A DNA stretch of 64,000 nucleotides. It comes from Eledone cirrhosa (Eukaryota). Shown piece by piece: positions 11,709-23,307 of the stretch. The position numbers and the translations under genes were made by a program. The stretch is from NCBI GenBank assembly GCA_964016885.1, contig CAXHJY010000275.1:124001-188000 (forward strand), given 5' to 3'. The notes beneath the pieces were generated by a model, which was not told the DNA's origin, ran no database searches, and saw only the letters and a program-made list of their open reading frames with translations. Positions within the stretch are counted from its first letter, which is position 1; each line of letters begins with the position of its first letter.

Positions 11709-13843
11709 GAAGTGTTCAAGATTGCGAGGCAGTGTGTCAGAGAGAATTGTGATGTCATTGGAGAGAAGTGTATCCGGAATGATAAAAGTGAGCTAGCCCT
11801 CACAAGTGCTGAGAAGAAAGATGCATGGAAGAGCCATTATGATAGATTACTAAATGAGGAGAATGCATGGGAAGAAGAGACCCTACCCCAAGTAGACCCT
11901 ATAGAGAGGCCAGCAGTACAAGTCAGCAGCAGCGTAATAAGTAAGGCAATCAAAGATATGAAGATGGGGAAGGCAACTAGTCCATCGGGTATAGCTGCCG
12001 AGATGCTGAAGGCATCTGGGTCGGTAAGTCACATCATAACCACATGTATTGTTAACCAAGTAATACTAGGTATCATCCAAAGGATTGGTGCAGTAGCATC
12101 ATTGTCAACTGCTACAAAGGTAAAGGCGATGCACTAGATAGAGGAAGCTATAGAGGTATAAAGCTGATGGACCAGGTCATGAAAGTAACAGAAAGAGTTA
12201 TAGCACAGTTGATTAGGGACTGGGTGAAACTAGATGAGATGCACTGATGCCCTCTTCCTTGTGAGGCAGTTACAGGAAAAGTACTTAGCTAAAAGTAAGC
12301 CGCTCTACCTGGCATTCGTCGATCTCGAGAAAGCCTTTGACAGAGTTCTCCCTGCTATAATCTAGTCGGCTCTTAGAAAACTAGGAGTAGATGAATGGCT
12401 TGTGAAAGCGGTACAAGCCATGTATAGGGGAGCAGTCAGCAAAGTTAGGATTAGCAATGAGTATAGTGAGGAATTTAGCGTACAGGTCAGTGTCCACCAG
12501 GGCTCTGTTCTTAGCCCTCCCCTTTTCATCATAGTCCTGCAGGCAATAAAGGAGGAGTTTAAGACCGGATGCCCATGGGAACTCCTGTATGCAGATGACC
12601 TCGCACTTATAGCTGAATCTATGGTAGAACTAGAGAAGAAATTCCAAACTTGGAAGCAGGGACTAGAAAGAAAGGGTCTCAAAGTCAACCTGACAAAGAC
12701 TAAGGTCCTTGTAAGTAGACGAGAAAACAGAACCCAGATCCCCTCAGAGAAATGGCCTTGCTCAGTATGTAGGAAAGGTGTAGGTAGGAACTCCATTCTC
12801 TGCCCCACATGCAAACAGTGGGTACACAAGAGATGTAGCGGGATCTCAGGAAGCTTAACTAAGAATGTAGGCTTCACATGTAGCAGCTGTGCTGGGACAG
12901 CAAACAGTCACAGGAAACAAGTACCACCAATCTCTGGGAGGGCTCTGTAGAAACAGTAGACAGCTTCTGCTACCTAGGTGACCGAATTAGCAGCAGAGGT
13001 GGGTGTTCGGAAAGTACAATAACTAGGGTAAGAACGGGATGGAAGAAGTTCAGGGAGCTACTGCCACTGCTAGCTGCAAAAGGCTTCTCCCTCAAAATGA
13101 AAGGCAGACTGTATGATGCATGTATACGAACAGCAATGTTACATGGTAGTGAGACCTGGGCGCTGAAGGTGGAAGACTTATGTAGATTAGAGAGAAACGA
13201 AGCCTGCATGTTCCGATGGTTGTGTAATAGTAATATACGCGAACGGCAAAGCTTAAATGAATTGACAGAGAAACTGAGCATAAGAGGAATCAAATGCTGT
13301 GTGCAGGAGAGGTGGTTGGGTTGGTATGGACATGTGATGCATATGAAGGATGACAGCTGCATAAAAAGGTGCAGAGCACTAAAAATCGATGGAAACCGCG
13401 GAGTGGGGAGACCAAGGAAGACCTGGGATGAGGTGATAAAAGCCAACCTTACCCAATTACACCTCTCAAAGGCGATGACACACAACTGTGACCTCTGGTG
13501 TTACGCAGTAATACAGAAGACCCGACCTCCCACAGGAACAAGCTGAAGCATATAGACAATATGCCCCCACCCTTCCCACTGCAAAGTGGTCGTGGAGGTG
13601 CCACGGCAAAAAAGCACCCAGCCCACACTGTAAAGTGGACGTGTAGGCGCCATGGCAAAAAAGCACCCTCCACTCACTGTAAATGAGGTTGGTGTTAGGA
13701 AGGGCATCCAGCTGTAGAAATCAAGCCAGAATCAGTTCCCGTATCAGCAAGACAAGGTCAGCCGACCGGACACTGCCCACAACAGGACAACCCGTTTAAC
13801 CCATGCTAGCGTGGAAGAACGGACATAAAACAGTGATGATGAT
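11707..13843 (+). mobile_element. RTE family A, 5'-truncated, decayed
   Basis: ORF pieces 11712-12137, 12402-12950 (LYADD, PHD-like finger) and 13097-13546; frameshifts; (GAT)n tail. Confidence 0.94.
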
Positions 13844-13848
13844 ATATA

Positions 13849-14049
13849 CCAGGATCAGCTGAAAAGTTCATAGGCTGACTAAGATATTCTCATGGAATGA
13901 CCAAATGATGTATATTTTTCAACATAGTCCATTCTGGAAAGAAGCAATGTAGTTATTAATAAGAACTTTTGAAATTAATGCATACAATATTTCACAGCTC
14001 TAGCATCACTCTTTCACAGTCAGCCTATGAACTTTTCAGCCCACTCTTG
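13849..14049. mobile_element. Tc1/mariner-type MITE
   Basis: TIR GCTGAAAAGTTCATAGGCTGACT / AGTCAGCCTATGAACTTTTCAGC, with TA on both flanks. Confidence 0.8.
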
Positions 14050-14119
14050 TAAGTATATATATATATATATATATGATATGATTCATGAGTACTTTATTCT
14101 GAATACTATATTGTTGCAG

Positions 14120-14294
14120 ATCAGGGACAAACCAGCAGTAATTTGCCTCAGAAGCAGAAGATGCGTAACAACTATGCATCTGCCGACTGTGGGGCTAAAG
14201 TAGTGCTTGCCAATCCTGAAGCTGAAAACATTAAATATATCCTGAATGGTAACCCTGATGAGTACATGATTAACCCTTGTCAGTCCAAGAAATG
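14120..14294 (+). CDS. SUCO: SUCO/SLP1-like SUN-domain protein, internal exon (start of SUN domain)
   Basis: ttgcAG acceptor, GTATGT donor. Encodes QKQKMRNNYASADCGAKVVLANPEAENIKYILNGNPDEYMINPCQSKK(W), the NYAS-CGAK and D-YM-NPC signature of the family. Confidence 0.92.
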
Positions 14295-14387
14295 GTATGT
14301 TTTCATTTCATCTATTTCAATTATTTCCTTGTAACTCTTTTATCATTTCAATATTTAACTCTGGTTTCTTCCCCTAAACTAGTTTAA

Positions 14388-14634
14388 CCCTTTTTTATAC
14401 CAAACTGCCAGAAACTACCCTTGGTTCTGTCATACAAAGCCATTTGTTTTAATTTGTTATATTTATCTAAAACCCTTCCATCATGATTCTATATAAGAAC
14501 CTTGGTTAAGTTGTGTTCCAAATACCTGATAAATAATGAGATGGTTAACTATATATTACTAAATCCCTCCAAATTCATAATTATTTTCAAAATCATAGCC
14601 AGTGTCTTTCATTAGAAACATGGTAATGAAAGGT
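14388..14634. mobile_element. piggyBac-type MITE (TTAA-flanked)
   Basis: TTAA-CCCTTTTTTATACCA...TGGTAATGAAAGGT-TTAA. The adjacent tandem duplicate (about 14706-14820) shows the empty site AGTTTAATAAGTAT. Confidence 0.7.
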
Positions 14635-14884
14635 TTAATAAGTATCTGATGATAATATAATTCTAATCACATATTTTAAATCATTTATGCCAGTTTATTA
14701 ATTTCTCTCTTATCAGTTCAGTATTTAACTCTTTCCATAAAGTAGTTTAATAAGTATTTGATAATAATAACATTTTAGAGCTATATTTTAATTAATTTAT
14801 GCTAGATTACTAATTTCTCTTTCACCATTTTAACACCTTTTTAAGTTGTTCAGAGAATGTTATCTTATTATTAGAGCATTTGTC

Positions 14885-15000
14885 ACCATTCATCCTTACA
14901 GGGTCGATAAAGTAAAGTACCAGTAACACACTGGGTCGATATAATCGACTTTGCACTCCCCTAAAGTTATTGGCCTTGTGTCTATACTAGAAACTATTAT
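14885..15000 (+). mobile_element. SINE fragment (Nin-like motif)
   Basis: TTCATCCTTACAGGGTCGATAAAGTAAAGTACCAGT...CTGGGTCGA; similar to 18770-18890 and 18905-19055. Confidence 0.65.
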
Positions 15001-16334
15001 TACAACATTTATCTAACAATTATTCAGTTTTATTTCAATCCTGCTTCATTATGTAATATTTATTATCTCCATATTTATTATCTCAACATATTTTGTAGTT
15101 TCTTAACATATTAAACTAAGCAACATACTTAATATTCAATGTTGACTGTCTAGTGTAGTAAGTGAAGCAATTTCCTGATATTAACTTAAGATTAACCAGT
15201 TGCTAGAAATAATTAGTAGATGTTATAAACATCAGAATAGGAAAAAAATATAATTTAAAACTTTGTTTGGTACTTTTGCTACTGAAGTTGTTCTTCTACA
15301 GTTTTATAATATTAACTTGGCTATCTGAAACTACATGTTAGGCACACAATCTGTGTTAAGCGATGTTAATTCTAATATTATTATTAAATTGTATAAATAA
15401 TTAGAGTGGGTAGATCCTCTCTTAGACTGCTGTAGAATGGGCTGGCCTAGGAATGAACCAACATAAACTAAAGGACCTTTTTCTTTTGTGAAAGACATGA
15501 CAGCCTCTCTAGTGCTGGTGCCACAATAAAATACACTCAGTAGGCTCAGTAAAGTGGTAGTGCTGGTGTCATGATAAAATGCACCTAGTACACTCTGTAA
15601 TTTGGTTGGCATTAGAAAGGATTTCTAGCTATAGAAACCTAACCCAAATACAGAACATATGAACAACATGTGGTTGGATAACCACATGTTGCCTCTTATT
15701 GTGATAACCCACTTAACTCCTGCTTACATTGAAAAATTATGCTTGGCAAAGTTATCTTTTTACTTCTTATACATAGAAGTAAGGTGGACTCTTTTGGCTA
15801 GCTGCGTGATGGTATCTATATTTGGGGAAAGATAGACTGGTGATTTCCATTTGCTTTCTAAAAATCTGTTCACTTTCTAAAAATCTGTTCGTTTTCACTG
15901 CATGAAACTGCAATAGCAAGACATTCTTGAAAAATATGAAACAGCACTGTAACTACATCACTTTAAAAATTCAAGTTTTTATTCTGATACTGCAAATTTT
16001 CACAACAATATGTCCACCAGTAAAAATACTACAAACACTTCAATTAACAAACCTGTTTTTAGATATTTTCTGCTAAATCTGTATAGTGCACGAATGAAAG
16101 AGCATGATTGAGCTGAGAGAGGGATTTTATATGAAAGATATGAATTGTATGGTGATGATGATCATAATGGTGAATATTAAGAGTAATCATCATCGTTATC
16201 ACATCCATTTTTGCATGCTTGCATGGGTTGGTTTTTATTTGGAGTGTTTATGGGGCAGATGTGGGCTCCATAAGCCATCGTGAAGGCAACCTGTCTAGGA
16301 GAGTGTGTACAGTCCAGTAACTCCTGTTAGTCGT

Positions 16335-16630
16335 AGAGGCACTGTATTGACATACACTGTTTCTTGGCCATTTTAAGCCTAGCGGAGCCCATCCCTCTCC
16401 AGGCCTGAGTACAGCAGATTTCTTCCAGAGAAAGATAGAAAGTGAGAGAGAGAGGAAATGAGGAAGAGATATAGAGGAAGAATTGACCCCAGTACTAGAC
16501 TGGTGCTTTTTTTATAGACCTTGAAAGGATGAAAGGCAAAGTTGACCTGAGAAAGCAGAGAGCCAGAACAAATACCATAAAGCCTTCTATCCAACATTCT
16601 AACAACTCTGCCAAATCGCTGCCACCTAAG
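16335..16630 (-). mobile_element. SINE (tRNA-like head, Nin-like motif)
   Basis: Minus-strand GGTGGCAGCGATTTGGCAGAGTTGTTAG head, then GCCTTTCATCCTTTCAAGGTCTATAAA; paralogous to the copies at 8535 and 27660. Confidence 0.75.
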
Positions 16631-16834
16631 AGACACAGGGTGGAGAGGACTTTCGAGTCTAGTAAGACAACCTCTCTTGTTCTGGTGGCACGAATAATGC
16701 ACCCAGTCCACACTGTAAAATGGTTGGTAAAACGAAGAGTATCCAGCTAGAAAAGCCTTGTGAAAAATATGAAAAAAAATTAATGTTCTTTATTATTATT
16801 ATTTCTGTAATTCCCTATATGTCTATATTTTCAG

Positions 16835-16942
16835 GTTCATTGTTGAATTATGTGAAGCCATTCAAATAAAGAATGTGGAAACGGCCAGTCTGGAGTTGTT
16901 TTCATCCCGTCCAAAGATCTTCCGAATTTCAGTTAGTGATAG
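16835..16942 (+). CDS. SUCO: SUCO-like exon (SUN domain)
   Basis: tttcAG/GTAGGG; phase matches the previous exon (TG+G=W). Encodes FIVELCEAIQIKNVETASLELFSSRPKIFRISVSD(R). Confidence 0.93.
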
Positions 16943-16984
16943 GTAGGGGGGTTTAACATTGCTTATGTGTCGTATTAGGGAACA

Positions 16985-17860
16985 ACACATACATATGTTC
17001 ACTGATACATACATTGACACATACACACACTGACACATACACACTCACTGGCACATACACACACTCACTGACACATACACACTCACTGACACATACACAC
17101 TGACTGGCACATACACACACTCAGACACATACACACACACTGACACATACACACTCACTGACACATATACACTGACTGGCACATACACACACACTGACAC
17201 ATACACACACACTGACACATACACACACACACACTGACACATACACACTCACTGGCACATACACACACTCACTGGCGCATACACACACTCACTGGCGCAT
17301 ACACACTCACTGGCACATACACACACTCACTGGCACATACACACACTCACTGGCACATACACACACACACTGACACATACACACACTCACACATACACAC
17401 ACTCACACATACACACTCACTGGCACATACACACACTCAGACACCCTCTCACTGGCACATACACACACACTGACACATACACACACACTCACACATACAC
17501 ACACACTCACACATACACACACTCACACATACACACACACATACTCACTAACACACACACACACTGACACGTACACACACTCACTGACGCATACACACTC
17601 ACTGACACAATAACACATACACACTCACTGACACATACACACACTGACACACACACTAACACATACACACACATACTAACAAACACACACACACTAACAC
17701 ATACATACACACACTAACACACACTCACTGACACACACACACACACTCACTAACACATACACACACACACTAACACATACACCACTAACACATGCACACA
17801 CACACACTAACACACACTCACTGACTGGCACACACACACACTCACTAACACACACACACT
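16985..17860. repeat. Complex CA-rich micro/minisatellite (ACTCACTGACACATACAC-like units)
   Basis: Seen directly. Confidence 0.92.
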
Positions 17861-18324
17861 TATATGCTCCTTGTATGGTGTGGGACAATATTATACTTTG
17901 AATATTTGAGTGTACTTTACATTGTTAGTCCAAATCTGCCCCTCCCTCCAGGGTCTCATATAATTGACACTGTACACCCCTCACAGCCCTACTGATGTTT
18001 CAAAATTAATAATAGCTATTGTAGCAGATATCTTTTTTCCTAATGTTTTCCTTCCTGTCTGTAGAGATGTTCAGGAAGCTATTACTTCTGTTTAGCAACA
18101 AAAGTTTTTTTTCTGTTTTCCAGCAGAGGAAATTTTAAGTATTTTCTTCCTTTGTGTCGACTAATTTTACTTTGTAACCGTTGCTGGCAATGTCAGCTAT
18201 ACTTCTCAAGTTGATTTCTACATTCATTTTCAGTTTTATTTTACATCTTGTGGAATTGGTGGATCTCTGGGAATGTTCCTTTCCACTGACTTTAGTTAAA
18301 GTCTGTTTTAAGTGAAAGGTTCAT

Positions 18325-18600
18325 CAGGCTGGTGCATTTCACCGGTTTTCTTGGCATTAAGCGACTGAGAGTACATGACTCTCCTTGGACAGGACGAGTA
18401 CAAGATTCTTCCTGGACAGTTTGCTGGTCTATTGCAGGTTTAACTCTCCAGCTACTGTTGGTACTCCTCTAAGCTGAGTGTACTGGAACAATGTGAAATA
18501 AAGTGTTTTGCTCAGAAACACAACATACAACTTAGTCAAATTGATGATATTACAATCATACATCAAGCATCCTAACCATTAGGCTATATACTTTCACACT
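18325..18600 (-). mobile_element. Decayed tRNA/CORE-type SINE
   Basis: AGCTGAGTGTACTGGAACAATGTGAAATAAAGTGTTTTGCTCA is the reverse complement of the CORE-like motif; related to 47680-47932. Confidence 0.65.
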
Positions 18601-18769
18601 GACTTTAACATATAATTATTGTGGGAGAAATCTTCTTAAGTTCTTCTTCTTCACCCACTTATTCTTGAAAGGGCTGTGGCGGCAGATTCCTCAAACACTC
18701 CTTCAGCAGGTCCTGTCAGAAGCAACTGATCCGGCTGGATTTCTTGCCGTTTGATTTTGCCCATAAAAT

Positions 18770-19055
18770 CTGACCTTTCATCCTTACGGGGTCGATAAAA
18801 TAAAATACCAGTAATGAACTAGGGTTGATTTAATCAACTTTCTCCTACCCTTCGAATTGCTGACTTTGTGCCTAAATCTGAAACCATTGTTACTATTATG
18901 GTCATTGGTTCAAATCATGCTGAGGTCAGTATTGCCTTCTTTTCAGGATTGATAAAATAGTTAACAGTAGTTGACATTAAAAAATAAAGTACCAGTTAAG
19001 TACTGGGGTCATTGACTCCCCTCCCCAATTGCTGGCCTTGTGCCAATGTTAGAAA
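18770..19055 (+). mobile_element. Two tandem SINE fragments (Nin-like motif)
   Basis: CCTTTCATCCTTACGGGGTCGATAAAATAAAATACCAGT and AAATAAAGTACCAGTTAAGTACTGGGGTC, each followed by a TTGCTG(G)CCTTGTGCC-like tail. Confidence 0.65.
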
Positions 19056-19189
19056 GAATTGTGTTGAAATGTGCTCATTTCAAATATCAAAATAATTGTT
19101 TATATTGCACTGTTTTAAACTAGAACATTGTTTAATAAGCTGACTTATTGTTGAAATGTAAACTTTTTATGGTATCACTTTACTTTCAG

Positions 19190-19351
19190 ATATCCTATAA
19201 AAGAGTGGCAGGTATTGGGTACATTTGACTCAACTGAAGAACGAACGATACACAAATATCAAATAACAGAAGAGAATTATTCCAAGTTTGTCAAGGTAGA
19301 CATACTTGATCACTATGGGGAGGAGCATTTTTGTCCTCTCACTCTTTTCCG
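19190..19351 (+). CDS. SUCO: SUCO-like exon (SUN domain)
   Basis: tttcAG/GTAAGT; AG+A=R. Encodes YPIKEWQVLGTFDSTEERTIHKYQITEENYSKFVKVDILDHYGEEHFCPLTLF(R). Confidence 0.94.
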
Positions 19352-19415
19352 GTAAGTTCTGAGTTCATTTATTTTATTCTTCATTAGTTTCAGTCATTAA
19401 ACTAAACATGCTTAA

Positions 19416-21784
19416 CCCTTTAGCATTTAAACCGGCCATATCCGGCCAGAATTCTCTCACCTCTTTCTGTTCAAACCCGTTGTAATCGACCACTCATACT
19501 GATGTTAAGGTATTGTTCTCAAAATACATAATATCAAAATTTCATAGATTCAATATTATGTGAGGTAAAGCCTTTACCATGAAAGTATCATCATCATCAT
19601 CATCGTTTAACGTCCATCTTCCACGCTTGCATGGGTTTGGACGGGAGTTTTCCCACTTGAGGCAAGAGTGGTTGTCTTGCTCGCATAGGACTGTCTGGCG
19701 GGTTTTCTACAGTTGGATGCCCTTCCTAACACCAACCACATTTACAGTGTGGAGCTGGGAGGTTTTTACCGTGTTGCCTACATGGTCACATTACAGCGTG
19801 GACTGTCTGGCGGGTTTTCTACAGCTGGATGCCCTTCCTAACACCAACCACATTTACAGTGTGGGACTGGGAGGTTTTTACCGTGTTGCCTACACGGTCA
19901 CATTACAGCGTGGACTGTGTGTTTTTTTGTCGTGACACCTACACGATCTCATTTGTTTCGGCCTGGATTTTGTGGCACCAACATAAATTTACATTGAAAG
20001 GGGCGGTGTGGATGGGGTGGGGGTGGTGGGACGGGGGTGTATTTTGTTAGAGATGCCTACTGACTGTAGTAGGTTTTACTTTGTATTTAGGTAAGGCGGG
20101 TCTTCTCTATTACTGAGTACCGCCAAAGGTCTCGGTCCAGTGACATTGTCTTGGAGAGGTGTAAGTGTGTGAGGTCGGAATTTATCAGGTCGTCCCAGGT
20201 TTTTCTGGGTCTGCCTACTCCGTGGCTACCGTCTATCTTTATTGCCTTGCACTTTGCTATACAGCTGTCGTCTTTCATGCGCATCACGTGACCATACCAA
20301 CGTAGCCTTCTCTCGAGTAAACAACATCTGATCCCTCTTATTTCTAATTTTTTCCTTAGTTCGTTTATGCTTTGCCGTTCGCGTATATTACTATTACACA
20401 TCCAGCGGAGCATGCAAGCTTCGTTCCTCTCTAGTCTGCGTATATCCTCTGCACACAATGCCCAGGTCTCACTGCCATGCAACATTGCTGTTCGTATGCA
20501 GGCATCATACAACCTGCCTTTCATTTTTAGGGAGAACCCTTTAGCGGCTAATAGTGGTATAAGCTCTCTGAACTTTTTCCATCCAGTTCTGACTCTAGCT
20601 ACTGTACTTTCAGAGCACCCTCCCCCACTGCTGATTTTGTCACCCAGGTAACGGAAGCTGTCCACTATTTCTATAGAACCCTCTGCGCAGTTGAAAGAGC
20701 TAGTATTTTGTGGGCACTTGCTGCTACTTATTGCACCAGAGCACCGGCCACATGTAAAATCTGTGTTCTTAGTTACTTACCTGTGATCCCACTACACCTT
20801 TTATGCACCCATACTTTGCATTTGGGACACAAAATGGAGTTTCTACCTACGCCTTTCCTACACACTGAGCATGGCCATTTCCCGGAAGGGACCAGCGCCT
20901 TATTTTCTTTCCTACAAACTATAACTTTAGTCTTAGCCAGGTTAATTTTAAGGTCTTTTGATTCTAGGCCGTGCTTCCATGTTTGGAATTTCTTCTTTAG
21001 CTCGGCCATTGATTCAGCTATGAGCGTTAGGTCATCTGCGTATAGGAGTTCCCATGGGCAGCCGGTCTTGAACTCCTCTGTTATAGCCTGAAGAGCAATA
21101 ATGAATAGTAGGGGGCTAAGAACAGAGCCCTGATGGACACCAACTTTTACGCTAAACTCTTCACTATATTCGTTGTTAATTCTAACCTTGCTGACTGTTT
21201 CTTTATACATGACTTGTATAGCTCTCACAAGCCATTCGTCAACACCTAGTTTTCTAAGAGCCCACCAGATAATCGAACGGGGGACTCTGTCGAAGGCTTT
21301 CTCCAAGTCGACAAAGGCTAAGTATAGGGGTTTACTTTTAGCTAGGTACTTCTCCTGTAGTTGTTGTACAATGAAAAGAGCGTCTGTGGTACTTTTGCCT
21401 GACACAAACCCGAACTGCATTTCATCTAGATCGATTCTCTCTGATTAGTTGCACTATTACTTTTTCCGTGACCTTCATGACCTGGTCGATTAATTTAATC
21501 CCTCTATAGTTACTCCTATCTAGGGTGTCTCCTTTACCCTTGTAACAGTTAATGATGATGCTGCTACGCCAGTCCTTCGGAACAACCCCATTCTGTATGA
21601 CTTGGTTTACTATCCGGGTGACCATGGTGTGTCCCACCGTTCCAGAGGCCTTCAGCATCTCAGCAACTATTTCCGAAGGCCCAGCCGCCTTACCCGTCTT
21701 CATATCTTTGATTGCCTTACTTATTATACTACCTTCAACTAACACTGCTGGTAGTAAATATAGAATAATGTAAATGTTAAAAGG
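19416..21784. mobile_element. piggyBac-type MITE split by an RTE insertion
   Basis: TTAA-CCCTTTAGCATTT at the left end; right end AAATGTTAAAAGG-TTAA lies after the LINE. Uninterrupted paralogue at 28191-28407. Confidence 0.8.
19587..21752 (-). mobile_element. RTE family B, 5'-truncated
   Basis: ORF pieces 21422-21745, 20773-21420 and 20087-20665; very similar to 2484-4249; 112-bp tandem duplication in the 3'UTR. Confidence 0.95.
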
Positions 21785-22309
21785 TTAAGCTCTACTTTCA
21801 GTTGGTCATATTGACATCAATACTTAAATATGTCTGCCACTTACTTTTATCTGTCTCTATTCAATAAATGGTTAAAACACCTTTTGATGCCAAAGAACGC
21901 CACTCAGTGCACCATTTTACAGCCGTATATGCTGTGTGTATGGAGGTTTTTAGAACTGGTACATTGTATCTCTGTGTGTAACTTGCTTTTTAGAATATGG
22001 TGATGTCATGTGTATCCTGGTTTATAGAACAGGTATATTGTATCCCTGTGTGGACTGAAGCAACATGAAATATAGGGATTTGCTCAAGGACACAACACAC
22101 CATTGAGAATCAAACTCATAATCATACGATTGTGACCTGAACATCCTAATTATTAAGCCACACACCTTCACAATATAAACAAGCACACGTGCATTCTCTG
22201 TTCTCTATCCTCATGAGAAGTTTGTTATGAAGGAGACACATGATGGTCGACTGCTATTGAACTATTTCTCTCTTTTTATGTACTAGGATTTTTTCAACAC
22301 GCTAACGCA

Positions 22310-22580
22310 TATGTGTGTGTATGTACATACGCATATGTGTGTGTGTATGTACATACACATATGTTTATATATATGAGTATATAATTATAAATGCGCAAAC
22401 ACAGACACACAAAAATACACACTCACAGACATATTCACACAAATACACATACATTCACACAAACACACACATACACTCACACACTGTAGCAAATGAAACG
22501 CCAGCAGCTGTTTTGCTATAGTTTTTTCACCATCCCCTTCCCTCCTTTTACACACATACATTCACACAAACACACACATT
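22310..22580. repeat. Mixed TG/TA/CA microsatellite
   Basis: Seen directly. Confidence 0.8.
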
Positions 22581-22677
22581 GTGTAACAAATGGATGGATG
22601 ATGCTCAAATTTATATATAGACTCTGCAGACCTCATTGTAGTAAATAATGATATTTCAGATTATTATGTATGACATA

Positions 22678-23247
22678 ATCCGAGGCCATAGTATCTAGAA
22701 TAAGGATGGGTTGGAAGAAGTTTAGGGAGCTGCTTCCTTTGTTGACAAAGAAGGGTTTCTCCCTGCGTATGAAAGGACGGTTATATGATGCCTGTGTGAG
22801 ATGTGCGATACTGCATGGTATTGAGACATGGGCAGCAAGTGCAGAGGATATGCGACGGTTGGAGAGAAATGAGGCAAGCATGCTCCGTTGGATGTGCAAT
22901 GTCAATATGCGCGAACGGCCAAGCATAGACGAGTTGAGAGAGAAACTGGGTATAAGAGGGATATGTTGTGGTGTGCGGGAGAGAAGACTGAGATGGTATG
23001 CACATGGGATGCGCATGGAGGGTGACTGCTGGGTAAAGAAGTGCCAATAAATCCTAGTAGAAGGAAGACGTAGTAGAGGAAGACCACGAAAAACATGGGC
23101 GGTAGTGGTGAGAGCTGACCTCATATCGCTGAAGCTCACGGAGGAGATGACAAAGGACTGTGACAAGTGGAGAGATGCTGTGCTGAATAAGACCTGTCCC
23201 ACCCTTGCAAGCAGGGAAAAAGCAGACGTAAAATGATGATGATGATG
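22678..23247 (+). mobile_element. RTE family C, 3' fragment with almost no 3'UTR
   Basis: ORF 22706-23050 GWKKFRELLPLL..KGRLYDAC..RLRWYAH; the coding end runs directly into CCTGTCCCACCCTTGCAAGCAGGGAAAA..(GAT)n. Confidence 0.9.
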
Positions 23248-23307
23248 GTAACAGAAAACATGATATCAAATCAAGCTAAGACATTAATCATATATTTATC
23301 TATTAAA

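Noticed and set aside
18360-18400. SINE segment GAGAGTACATGACTCTCCTTGGACAGGA as the source of the 45-mer
   Set aside because: The resemblance is short and gapped and cannot be told from chance by eye.
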